Source: a virus
Length of the DNA: 23,240 nucleotides
Virus genome (UHGV): UHGV-0143097
Strand: one strand, 5' to 3'
Of the stretch, positions 6,907 to 15,105 are shown piece by piece (position 1 is the first letter of the stretch; each line of letters begins with the position of its first letter). Below the pieces are notes generated by a model. That model was given only the letters and a program-made list of their open reading frames with translations, was not told where the DNA came from and did no database searches. The position numbers and the translations under genes are program-made.

Positions 6907-8734
6907 ATTTGAGCTTAAGGCGTTGATCACCGGTGTCGACAGGCTTTCTCCCGCGCTGTCGAAAATGCAAAAGAAAATCCGGGGATTTAAACGCCAGGCT
7001 GAAGAAGCGTCACAGGGTGGGCTGGCGCTTGGTGGCGGACTGGCTGCGGGTCTGACGCTTTCCCTGAAATCTTATGCCGATCAGGAAAATGCCGCCACCG
7101 GGCTGAAAGTTGCCATGATGGATGCGAACGGTGAGGTCGGAAAGCGCTTTCAGGACATCAATAAACTGGCTATTGGTCTGGGTAACCAGCTACCCGGTAC
7201 AACGGCTGATTTCCAGAACATGATGCAGATGCTGGTGCGTCAGGGGATCCCGGCAGAAAACATTCTGGGCGGTGTGGGTAAAGCGACAGCTTATCTTGCG
7301 GTACAACTGAAAAAAACACCGGAAGCGGCTGCCGAGTTTGCCGCAAAGATGCAGGATGCTACCGGAACGGCGTCAGAAGACATGATGGGGCTGTTCGACA
7401 CTATCCAGAAGGCGTTTTATCTGGGCGTTGACGATACCAACATGTTGTCCTTTTTCACTAAAACCAGTTCTGTTCTGAAGATGGTGAACAAGGACGGTCT
7501 TCAGGCTGCACAGAGCCTTGCCCCCATCAGCGTCATGATGGATCAGATGGGGATGAACGGGGAGTCGGCAGGTAATGCCCTGCGAAAAGTTATCCAGTCC
7601 GGATTAAGCGTTAAGAAAATCAGGGACGTCAATAAAATCATGGCCCGCCAGAAACTCGGAGTACAGCTCGATTTTACTGACGGCAAAGGGAGTTTTGGCG
7701 GTCTTGATAACATGTTCAGGCAACTGGCAAAGCTGCGAAAACTGACCGACGTCAAGCGAACAGGCGTACTTAAGGCAATATTTGGTGATGATGCCGAAAC
7801 CCTTCAGGTGGTCAATGCCCTGATCGATAAAGGAAAGGATGGCTACGATCAGATCCAGCAGAAGATGAATAAACAGGCCAGCCTGAATAAACGTGTTCAG
7901 GCTCAGCTTGGTACGCTGTCCAACCTGTGGGAGGCAATGACGGGGACCGCAACTAACGGCCTTGCGGCTATTGGCGGCGCATTTTCTGGTGACGCCAAAA
8001 ATATCACGCAATGGCTGGGGGAGTTGGGGGAAAAATTCACGAAGTTTGCGGATGAAAATCCCCGGGTTATTCGCGGCGTCGTCGGGCTTGCTGCCGGTCT
8101 TGCGATTCTGAAACTGGGATTGATGGGCGTGGGCAGTGCCATCAGTATTGTCAGCAGGATTATGTCGATGACGCCGATTGGCATGATTGCGACGGCGATT
8201 GCTCTGGCTGCGGGATTAATTATCACTAACTGGGATGTTGTCGGACCTTATTTTAAGAAGCTCTGGGAAACCATTGGTCCTTATTTTGAGGCTGGCTGGG
8301 AACTTCTGAAGAAAGTTTTTGCCTGGTCGCCGCTGGGAATGGTGATCAATAACTGGGGACCGGTTGTTAAGTGGTTTCAGGATATGTGGGACAAGCTGAA
8401 GCCAATTATTGAGTGGTTTACCGACAGTTCCGGTGACACGGTCGATGCCATTAACTCTGCGCAGTGGGGCGCGGGTGCTTATGATGCTTATGGGACGGGA
8501 ATACCGGCGCGGGGATACACACCTTATCCGGCGGTGGATCCGGCTCAGTCAAACAACGCCTCCGGTGCCACAGGCCCGAATCCCTTCATGATTAACAAAG
8601 CTTCTGCGCCAAAAGTTGATGGTGAGATCAAGGTATCTTTTGTGAATTCGCCTCCGGGGATGCGGGTTATGGAAACGCGATCCAGCGGTTTTGATATAAA
8701 TCACGATGTTGGCTATACGCATATTGGCAGATGA
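6899..8734 (+). CDS. Tail tape measure protein
   Basis: 611-aa protein rich in Ala/Gly with a hydrophobic segment, immediately after the chaperone pair; AGGAG upstream. Confidence 0.8.
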   Translation: MAEFELKALITGVDRLSPALSKMQKKIRGFKRQAEEASQGGLALGGGLAAGLTLSLKSYADQENAATGLKVAMMDANGEVGKRFQDINKLAIGLGNQLPGTTADFQNMMQMLVRQGIPAENILGGVGKATAYLAVQLKKTPEAAAEFAAKMQDATGTASEDMMGLFDTIQKAFYLGVDDTNMLSFFTKTSSVLKMVNKDGLQAAQSLAPISVMMDQMGMNGESAGNALRKVIQSGLSVKKIRDVNKIMARQKLGVQLDFTDGKGSFGGLDNMFRQLAKLRKLTDVKRTGVLKAIFGDDAETLQVVNALIDKGKDGYDQIQQKMNKQASLNKRVQAQLGTLSNLWEAMTGTATNGLAAIGGAFSGDAKNITQWLGELGEKFTKFADENPRVIRGVVGLAAGLAILKLGLMGVGSAISIVSRIMSMTPIGMIATAIALAAGLIITNWDVVGPYFKKLWETIGPYFEAGWELLKKVFAWSPLGMVINNWGPVVKWFQDMWDKLKPIIEWFTDSSGDTVDAINSAQWGAGAYDAYGTGIPARGYTPYPAVDPAQSNNASGATGPNPFMINKASAPKVDGEIKVSFVNSPPGMRVMETRSSGFDINHDVGYTHIGR

Positions 8735-8750
8735 CGGAACCAGATATAAT
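8724..8750 (+). promoter_or_regulatory. Candidate sigma-70 promoter of the moron
   Basis: -35 TTGGCA (8724-8729), 15-bp spacer, consensus -10 TATAAT (8745-8750), placed about 37 bp upstream of the moron ATG at the 3' end of the tape measure gene. Confidence 0.4.
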
Positions 8751-8786
8751 TTGTCTTTAAGTTTGTTATCAACTGAAGGGAAATCT

Positions 8787-9164
8787 ATGGGTCTGTTACA
8801 TGCCATTATAGGTAATGCCGGTGAAATTAATGCATCAGATGCACAACAGGAATTAGGGGCTGTTTTAGGTGAGGGAGAAAATGTCGAACTTGCCTATAAA
8901 CTCATTCGTGACCAAATTATTCTGACTAACAGAAGGTTAATTTTTATTGATAAGCAGGGTGTCACAGGGAAAAAAGTCGAGTATCGTTCGATTCCATATA
9001 AATCTGTGACAAACTTTTCTATTGAAACCGCCGGGCATCTTGATCTTGATGCTGAAATGAAGATATGGATTTCTGGTATTGCAGAACCGATAAAAAAACA
9101 GTTCAGTAAAGGAGCAAACATTTATAAATTGCAGGCCCATCTGGCTCAAAAAATAGCAGGGTAA
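8787..9164 (+). CDS. Moron: 125-aa bacterial PH-like (DUF1696-type) protein
   Basis: ATG at 8787 with GAAGGGAAA RBS; AT-rich by eye relative to flanking tail genes; motifs RRLIFIDKQGVTGKKVEYRSIPY and LDAEMKIWISG resemble small bacterial PH-domain proteins (from memory). Confidence 0.6.
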   Translation: MGLLHAIIGNAGEINASDAQQELGAVLGEGENVELAYKLIRDQIILTNRRLIFIDKQGVTGKKVEYRSIPYKSVTNFSIETAGHLDLDAEMKIWISGIAEPIKKQFSKGANIYKLQAHLAQKIAG

Positions 9165-9188
9165 ACCTTACATTAATTTATGTCTTTC

Positions 9189-9214
9189 ATGCCCACTTCG
9201 GTGGGCATTTTTAT
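9189..9214 (+). terminator. Rho-independent terminator of the moron
   Basis: Perfect hairpin ATGCCCAC-TTCG-GTGGGCAT followed by TTTTAT. Confidence 0.65.
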
Positions 9215-9227
9215 ATCCGGAGTTTAT

Positions 9228-10505
9228 ATGACGTGGAAAGGCAGGCTTCAGGACGCGTCATTTCGCGGCGTGCCGTTTAAGGTCGAAGAAGAAAGTGCGG
9301 GAACAGGTCGCCGTGTGGAAACGCACGAATACCCGAACCGCGACAAACCCTATACCGAAGATCTGGGAAAAGTCACTTTCCGCCCGTCCATCACGGCTTA
9401 TGTGGTGGGAGATGACTGCTTTGACCAGCGCGATCGCCTGATTGACGCGCTGAATAAACCCGGTCCCGGCACGCTTGTCCATCCGACATACGGTGAGCTG
9501 AAAGTCTGTGTTGACGGGGAAGTTCGGGTCAGCACATCGAAAAGTGAAGGACGTATTGTCCGCTTTGACCTGAAGTTTGTCGAAGCAGGAGAGCTCTCTT
9601 ACCCCACATCAGGTGCGGCGACGGCGCAGACGCTGATGTCATCCTGTTCTGCACTGGATGACTGCATCAGTGACAGCTTCAGCGGTTTCAGTATCGATGG
9701 CGTGGCGGATTTCGTGCAGAACGACGTTATCGGTAATGCCTGCACAATGCTTGGGTATGTTTCTGATGCGATGAAAGTGGTGGATTCTGCCGTATCGGAT
9801 GCCGCCAGGCTGTTGCAGGGGGATATCTCGGTACTTCTGCCGCCGCCATCGTCAGGCAAAAATTTCGTTGAGCAGGTGCAGAAAATGTGGCGTACCGGGA
9901 AACGCCTTTATAGTAACGCCAGCGACCTAGTCACCATGATCAAAACGCTTTCCGGTATCAGCCTCGGCAGCGATCTGCAACCGCGCGGCGTCTGGAAAAC
10001 GGACAGCAAAACTACCGCCACGGCAACGCAGCAGCGCAACGTGGTTGCCAGTACCCTTCGTACTACCGCAATCAGCGAAGCGGCATATGCCGTCACCCGA
10101 TTGCCTGCGCCCACATCTTCCGCAGTGATGCAGAATGCCGCAGTGGGGCAGTCAACAACACCCGCGCAGAGCACCGGCTGGCCTTCCGTCACGCATCCGG
10201 CACTGAACAATGCACCGGCGGTGAAAAACACGGTTGATCTGCCAACGTGGGAAGAACTGACCGACATTCGCGACACGCTGAATACGGCAATTGATAAGGA
10301 GTTGTCCCGTACAACCAGTGATGCGCTGTTTCTGGCGCTGCGCCGGGTGAAAGCAGATCTGAATGCGGATATCAACACGCGCCTTGAACAGTCTGCGCGG
10401 ATCATTCAGCGCACGCCGGATGAGGTTTTACCCGCGCTGGTGCTGGCGGCGACCTGGTTTGATAACGCGGCGCGTGACGCGGACATTACCCGGATATTAT
10501 CGTGA
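9228..10505 (+). CDS. DNA circulation protein (Mu gpN-like)
   Basis: 425-aa ORF after the tape measure, in the Mu N position; start placed at the ATG at 9228 (GGAG upstream) because the ORF-track start at 9180 lies inside the terminator hairpin. Confidence 0.6.
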   Translation: MTWKGRLQDASFRGVPFKVEEESAGTGRRVETHEYPNRDKPYTEDLGKVTFRPSITAYVVGDDCFDQRDRLIDALNKPGPGTLVHPTYGELKVCVDGEVRVSTSKSEGRIVRFDLKFVEAGELSYPTSGAATAQTLMSSCSALDDCISDSFSGFSIDGVADFVQNDVIGNACTMLGYVSDAMKVVDSAVSDAARLLQGDISVLLPPPSSGKNFVEQVQKMWRTGKRLYSNASDLVTMIKTLSGISLGSDLQPRGVWKTDSKTTATATQQRNVVASTLRTTAISEAAYAVTRLPAPTSSAVMQNAAVGQSTTPAQSTGWPSVTHPALNNAPAVKNTVDLPTWEELTDIRDTLNTAIDKELSRTTSDALFLALRRVKADLNADINTRLEQSARIIQRTPDEVLPALVLAATWFDNAARDADITRILS

Positions 10506-10512
10506 GGATGCT

Positions 10513-11193
10513 TCATCGCCATTGCTCCCCAAATACAAAACCAATTTCAGCCAGTGCCACGTCCATTTTTTCGATGAACTCCGGCACCATCTCGTCAAAA
10601 CTCGCCATGTACTTTTCATTCCGCTCAATCACGACATAATGCAGGCCTTCACGCTTCATGCGCGGGTCATAGTTGGCAAAGTACCAGGCATCTTTTCGCG
10701 TCACCCACATGCTGTACTGCACCTGGGCCATGTAAGCCGATTTTATTGCCTCGAAACCACCGAGCCGGAATTTCATGAAATCCCGGGAGGTAAACGGGCA
10801 TTTCAGTTCAAGGCCGTTGCCGTCACTGCATAAACCATCGGGAGAGCAGGCGGTGCGCATACTTTCGTCGCGATAGATGATCGGGGATTCAGTAATATTC
10901 ACGCCGGAAGTGAATTCAAACAGGGTTCTGGCGTCGTTCTCGTACTGTTTTCCCCAGGCCAGCGCCTTAGCATTAACTTCCGGAGCCACACCGGTGCAAA
11001 CCTCAGCCAGCAGGGTGTGGAAGTAGGACATTTTCATGTCAGGCCACTTCTTTCCTGAGCGGGGCTTTGCTATCACGTTGTGAACTTCTGAAGCGGTGAT
11101 GACGCCGAGCCGTAATTTGTGCCATGCATCATCCCCCTGTTCGACAGCTCTCACGTCGATCCCGGTACGCTGCAGGATAATGTCCGGTGTCAT
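10513..11193 (-). CDS. exo: Lambda exonuclease (Red alpha)
   Basis: 226-aa protein ([37 protein letters not shown]...) that I recognise as essentially lambda Exo; its start overlaps the bet stop. Confidence 0.95.
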   Translation of the reverse strand: MTPDIILQRTGIDVRAVEQGDDAWHKLRLGVITASEVHNVIAKPRSGKKWPDMKMSYFHTLLAEVCTGVAPEVNAKALAWGKQYENDARTLFEFTSGVNITESPIIYRDESMRTACSPDGLCSDGNGLELKCPFTSRDFMKFRLGGFEAIKSAYMAQVQYSMWVTRKDAWYFANYDPRMKREGLHYVVIERNEKYMASFDEMVPEFIEKMDVALAEIGFVFGEQWR

Positions 11194-11975
11194 GCTGCCA
11201 CCTTCTGCTCAGTGGCTTTCTGTTTCAGGAATCCAAGAGCTTTCACTGCTTCGGCCTGTGTCAGTTCTGACGATGCGCGAATGTCGCGGCGAAATATCTG
11301 GGAACAGAGCGGCAATAAGTCGTCATCCCATGTTTTATCCAGGGCGATCAGCAGAGTGTTAATCTCCTGCATGGTTTCATCGTTAACCGGAGTGATGTCG
11401 CGTTCTGGCTGACGTTCTGCAGTGTATGCAGTATTTTCGACAATGCGCTCGGCTTCATCCTTGTCATAGATACCAGCAAATCCGAAGGCCAGACGGGCAC
11501 ACTGAATCATGGCTTTATGCCGTAACATCCGTTTGGGATGCGACTGCCACGGTCCGGTGATTTCTCTGCCTTCGCGGGTTTTGAATGGTTCGCGGCGGCA
11601 TTCATCCATCCATTCGGTAACGCAGATCGGATGATTACGGTCCTTGCGGTAAATCCGGCATGTACAGGATTCATTGTCCTGCTCAAAGTCCATGCCATCA
11701 AACTGCTGGTTTTCATTGATGATGCGGGACCAGCCATCAACGCCCACCACCGGAACGATGCCGTTCTGCTTATCAGGGAAGGCGTAAATTTCTTTCGTCC
11801 ACGGATTAAGGCCGTACTGGTTGGCGACGATCAACAATGCGATGAACTGCGCATCGCTGGCATCACCTTTAAATGCCGTCTGGCGAAGAGTGGTGATCAG
11901 TTCCTGTGGGTCGACAGAATCCATGCCGACACGTTCAGCCAGCTTCCCTGCCAGCGTTGCGAGTGCTGTACTCAT
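11190..11975 (-). CDS. bet: Recombinase Bet (Red beta), single-strand annealing protein
   Basis: 261-aa protein ([20 protein letters not shown]...) that I recognise as lambda Bet. Confidence 0.95.
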   Translation of the reverse strand: MSTALATLAGKLAERVGMDSVDPQELITTLRQTAFKGDASDAQFIALLIVANQYGLNPWTKEIYAFPDKQNGIVPVVGVDGWSRIINENQQFDGMDFEQDNESCTCRIYRKDRNHPICVTEWMDECRREPFKTREGREITGPWQSHPKRMLRHKAMIQCARLAFGFAGIYDKDEAERIVENTAYTAERQPERDITPVNDETMQEINTLLIALDKTWDDDLLPLCSQIFRRDIRASSELTQAEAVKALGFLKQKATEQKVAA

Positions 11976-11980
11976 CCGTT

Positions 11981-12397
11981 TTATACCTCTGAATCAATAT
12001 CAACCTGGTGGTGAGCAATGGTTTCAACCATGTACCGGATGTGTTCTGCCATGCGCTCCTGAAACTCAACATCGTCATCAAACGCACGGGTAATGGCTTT
12101 TTTGCTGGCCCCGTGGCGTTGCAAATGATCGATGCATAGCGATTCAAACAGGTGCTGGGGCAGGCCTTTTTCCATGTCGTCTGCCAGTTCTGCCTCTTTC
12201 TCTTCACGGGCGATCTGCTGGTAGTGACGCGCCCAGCTCTGAGCCTCAAGACGATCCTGAATGTAATAAGCGTTCATGGCTGAACTCCTGAAATAGCTGT
12301 GAAAATATCGTCCGCGAAATGCCGGGCTGATTAGGAAAACAGGGAAGGGGGGTAGTGAATGCTTTTGCTTGATCTCAGTTTCAGTATTAATATCCAT
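11981..12397 (-). CDS. gam: Gam, RecBCD inhibitor
   Basis: 138-aa protein ([13 protein letters not shown] ... [21 protein letters not shown]) matching lambda Gam long form. Confidence 0.95.
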   Translation of the reverse strand: MDINTETEIKQKHSLPPFPVFLISPAFRGRYFHSYFRSSAMNAYYIQDRLEAQSWARHYQQIAREEKEAELADDMEKGLPQHLFESLCIDHLQRHGASKKAITRAFDDDVEFQERMAEHIRYMVETIAHHQVDIDSEV

Positions 12398-12495
12398 TTT
12401 TTATAAGCGTCGACGGCCTCACGAAACATCTTTTCATCGCCAATAAAAGTGGCGATAGTGAATTTAGTCTGGATAGCCATAAGTGTTTGATCCAT
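12331..12495 (-). CDS. kil: Kil-like host cell division inhibitor
   Basis: [36 protein letters not shown] matches lambda Kil as recalled; AGGAG RBS; overlaps gam and cIII. Exact start and end are uncertain. Confidence 0.7.
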   Translation of the reverse strand: MDQTLMAIQTKFTIATFIGDEKMFREAVDAYKKWILILKLRSSKSIHYPPSLFS

Positions 12496-12628
12496 TTTTT
12501 GGGACTCCTGGCTGATTAAGTATGTCGATAAGGCGTTTCCATCCGTCACGTAATTTACGGGTAATTCGTTCAAGTAAAGATTCGGAAGGGCAGCCAGCAA
12601 CAGGCCACCCTGCAATGGCATATTGCAT
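12464..12628 (-). CDS. cIII: CIII, inhibitor of FtsH-mediated CII degradation
   Basis: Hand translation of the minus strand gives [54 protein letters not shown] (54 aa), which I recognise as lambda CIII; AAGGAG RBS. It is below the ORF-track size cutoff. Confidence 0.85.
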   Translation of the reverse strand: MQYAIAGWPVAGCPSESLLERITRKLRDGWKRLIDILNQPGVPKNGSNTYGYPD

Positions 12629-12700
12629 GGTGTGCTCCTTATTTATACATAACGAAAAACGCCTCGAGTGAAGCGTTATTGGTATGCGGTAACGCCGCGC

Positions 12701-13069
12701 TCAGGCGGCTTTGATAGTCATATCATCTGAATCAAATATTCCTGATGTATCGATATCGGTAATTCTTATTCCTTCGCTACCATCCATTGGAGGCCATCCT
12801 TCCTGACCATTTCCATCATTCCAGTCGAACTCACACACAACACCATATGCATTTAAGTCGCTTGAAATTGCTATAAGCAGAGCATGTTGCGCCAGCATGA
12901 TTAATACAGCATTTAATACAGAGCCGTGTTTATTGAGTCGGTATTCAGAGTCTGACCAGAAATTATTAATCTGGTGAAGTTTTTCCTCTGTCATTACGTC
13001 ATGGTCGATTTCAATTTCTATTGATGCTTTCCAGTCGTAATCAATGATGTATTTTTTGATGTTTGACAT
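12701..13069 (-). CDS. ea10: Ea10-like early protein
   Basis: 122-aa ORF in the lambda ea10 position between cIII and ral; the sequence matches lambda Ea10 as I recall it. Confidence 0.75.
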   Translation of the reverse strand: MSNIKKYIIDYDWKASIEIEIDHDVMTEEKLHQINNFWSDSEYRLNKHGSVLNAVLIMLAQHALLIAISSDLNAYGVVCEFDWNDGNGQEGWPPMDGSEGIRITDIDTSGIFDSDDMTIKAA

Positions 13070-13088
13070 CTGTTCATATCCTCACAGA

Positions 13089-13115
13089 TAAAAAATCGCC
13101 CTCACATTGGAGGGC
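13089..13115 (-). terminator. Rho-independent terminator between ral and ea10 (tL2-like)
   Basis: Hairpin GCCCTC-N6-GAGGGC at 13098-13115, followed on the minus strand by GATTTTTTATCT. Confidence 0.5.
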
Positions 13116-13251
13116 AAAGAAGATTTCCAATAATCAGAACAAGTCGGCTCCTGTTTAGTTACGAGCGACATTGCTCCGTGTATTCACTCGTTGGAATGAA
13201 TACACAGTGCAGTGTTTATTCTGTTATTTATGCCAAAAATAAAGGCCACTA

Positions 13252-13452
13252 TCAGGCAGCTTTGTTGTTCTGTTTACCAAGTTCTCTGGCAATCATTGCC
13301 GTCGCTCGTATTGCCCATTTATCGACATATTTCCCATCTTCCATTACAGGAAACATTTCTTCAGGCTTAACCATGCATTTCGATTGCAGCTTGCATCCAT
13401 TGCATCGCTTGAATTGTCCACACCATTGATTTTTATCAATAGTCGTAGTCAT
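13252..13452 (-). CDS. ral: Ral, restriction alleviation protein
   Basis: 66-aa protein MTTTIDKNQWCGQFKRCNGCKLQS... that I recognise as lambda Ral. Confidence 0.9.
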   Translation of the reverse strand: MTTTIDKNQWCGQFKRCNGCKLQSKCMVKPEEMFPVMEDGKYVDKWAIRATAMIARELGKQNNKAA

Positions 13453-13522
13453 ACGGATAGTCCTGGTATTGTTCCATCACATCCTGAGGATGCTCTTCGA
13501 ACTCTTCAAATTCTTCTTCCAT
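13436..13522 (-). CDS. Tiny acidic ORF (28 aa), lambda orf28-like
   Basis: Hand translation gives MEEEFEEFEEHPQDVMEQYQDYPYDYDY with AAGGTG RBS, overlapping the ral start by 17 nt; below the ORF-track cutoff. Confidence 0.35.
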   Translation of the reverse strand: MEEEFEEFEEHPQDVMEQYQDYPYDYDY

Positions 13523-13558
13523 ATATCACCTTAAATAGTGGATTGCGGTAGTAAAGAT

Positions 13559-13593
13559 TGTGCCTGTCTTTTAACCACATCAGGCTCGGTGGT
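13559..13593 (+). repeat. Copy 2 of the 34-bp conserved element, upstream of sieB
   Basis: TGTGCCTGTCTTTTAACCACATCAGGCTCGGTGGT, matching 3743-3776 at all but 2 positions. Confidence 0.6.
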
Positions 13594-13665
13594 TCTCGTG
13601 TACCCCTACAGCGAGAAATCGGATAAACTCTATTCACCCCTACAGAGAGCAAAAGAGAAACGCCG

Positions 13666-14247
13666 ATGAACAACTCATGGTGGCAGGAACTAATGCATTT
13701 TTTCCTGCAAGGAATGACACTTAAACAGTTGATTCATATGCTAATCATCCTGATCATATTGATTATTGTTATGCCGGTAAGCGTAAAAGAATGGATAAAC
13801 CTGCATAATCCAGAAATCCTTCCTCATTACTGGATGTATTACATCCTGTTGTTTTGCGTTAGCTATGTGCTTAACGGCGTTGTTAATTCCGCTTATCACG
13901 CTGTGACTGAAAGAATTGAGGTATTCGCTGCTCAGAAGCGCAAATCTAAAGAAGAAAAATATGTGCAAGATTTGTTTGATTCGTTAACTCTTGGAGAAAG
14001 AGCGTATTTGGCATTCGCTGTAGCCGCGAATAACCAGCTAAAGACAGAAAAGGGAAGCCCTGAAGCAATCTCATTGCTCGAAAAAGGGCTTCTTATTCGG
14101 ATACCTTCTGCTACTGGATATCCTGAAATCGACCGTTTTGTTATCCCGGAACGCTATAGAAATGAGTGCTACATTAGGTTTGCTGGGAAGAAAGACAGTC
14201 TTATGGATGAACTTATCGCTCAGGATAAGCATGGCAAAAACAAGTAA
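13666..14247 (+). CDS. sieB: SieB, superinfection exclusion / abortive infection membrane protein
   Basis: 193-aa protein with hydrophobic N-terminal segments (MNNSWWQELMHFFLQGMTLKQLIHMLIILIILIIVMPV...), matching lambda SieB as recalled; transcribed against the early operon. Confidence 0.85.
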   Translation: MNNSWWQELMHFFLQGMTLKQLIHMLIILIILIIVMPVSVKEWINLHNPEILPHYWMYYILLFCVSYVLNGVVNSAYHAVTERIEVFAAQKRKSKEEKYVQDLFDSLTLGERAYLAFAVAANNQLKTEKGSPEAISLLEKGLLIRIPSATGYPEIDRFVIPERYRNECYIRFAGKKDSLMDELIAQDKHGKNK

Positions 14248-14262
14248 TTAGCAAATGATTTA

Positions 14263-14535
14263 TCATCTCGCCGTCAGTTGTTTTGATTTCCTGTAGCCTG
14301 CCGCGTAAATGGCTACGTTTGGCAGGCAAACACTTCCACTGCATTCATCAACTTTCTTGCAGCGAAGACTTCCGAGTGATGCTGCTTTGTCTGCTCTGAC
14401 GCAACCAGAGAGCTTTAGCGCAATTTTTCGCGCCAGTCGCTGCTCTTGCATCGCCTGTTCACGTTGAGCCTGTCTGCGTGCTCTGCGGCGATTTCTGGCG
14501 TTATCGTCAGCCAGATATGTAATGACTACTGTCAT
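14263..14535 (-). CDS. N: N-type transcription antiterminator with arginine-rich motif
   Basis: Start placed at MTVVITY (GGAGG RBS); ARM NARNRRRARRQAQREQ; C-terminus AIYAAGYRKSKQLTAR resembles the P22/phage 21 class of N proteins rather than lambda N. Confidence 0.75.
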   Translation of the reverse strand: MTVVITYLADDNARNRRRARRQAQREQAMQEQRLARKIALKLSGCVRADKAASLGSLRCKKVDECSGSVCLPNVAIYAAGYRKSKQLTAR

Positions 14536-14591
14536 GTTGACCTCCGATGAAACAACTTTGGAATTGATAGTGATTGCAAAGTGGTTTCTGG

Positions 14592-14620
14592 CCCCTCGAA
14601 TTGAGGGGCAGAAAGAGCAT
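14592..14620 (-). promoter_or_regulatory. nutL-like site (boxA plus boxB hairpin)
   Basis: Minus-strand RNA reads UGCUCUUUCU (boxA-like) directly followed by the hairpin GCCCCUC-AAUUC-GAGGGGC with no U-tract after it, about 60-85 nt upstream of the N start. Confidence 0.5.
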
Positions 14621-14924
14621 CTCGCCACCTAATAGGTCGATGCTCGGATCGAGAGATTTAATTAACCTCGGTTTTGAAGTTATGCATTCACATAAATCCT
14701 CCTGTTGCATGTGCAGCATTGGCTGTGTTTGGCGGCTGCATTTCGCCTATGGAATTGACTTTGGCGGTGACGCGCCGGGTGCTTATCTTCCGGTTGCCGT
14801 CGTGCAGCTGCACTTCACGTCACCCCAAAGCCAACTACTCTTTGGTTCCCGCATTTCGGCGGGACAATCCCATCAATGTTAAAGAGCCTGCCAATCTGTT
14901 CCGTTTGGCTACCAGCGTCCTGCT

Positions 14925-15018
14925 GATGGTTAAAGAATACTGTAGGTATTTTATTTTGTAAATACTCAAGGTATTTATTTTGGTGAAATAATGATAAGCA
15001 AATGAATACAAAGGATAT
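14925..15018 (-). promoter_or_regulatory. Candidate OL/pL: three ATAC-N5-(G/A)TAT operator-like sites with a leftward promoter
   Basis: Sites ATACTGTAGGTAT (14937-14949), ATACTCAAGGTAT (14962-14974) and ATACAAAGGATAT (15006-15018), each followed by a T-rich tract; on the minus strand -35 TTTACA, 17-bp spacer, -10 TATTCT overlap sites 1 and 2. Confidence 0.4.
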
Positions 15019-15105
15019 TTATTTTTTCGGCGTCTGCTTGTTCAGTGCTTTTTATGCGGGATATGTGAAGTGGATCCCGATAGCTATTGCTGCCGGGATT
15101 ATGGG

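Noticed and set aside
8706-9164. 152-aa version of the moron ORF starting inside the tape measure gene
   Set aside because: The extension overlaps the tape measure 3' end and the predicted promoter; the ATG at 8787 has a proper RBS.
9180-10505. Start of the DNA-circulation gene at 9180
   Set aside because: That ATG lies inside the moron terminator hairpin; the ATG at 9228 is preceded by GGAG and gives a sensible N-terminus.
11538-12249. Several ORFs antisense to or out of frame with bet and gam
   Set aside because: Overlap confidently identified Red genes; typical spurious ORFs in GC-balanced coding sequence.
14574-14961. Plus-strand ORFs 14574-14882 and 14674-14961 in the region between N and the operators
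   Set aside because: Low-complexity, Cys-rich translations with no RBS, lying in what is more plausibly the early-left leader.
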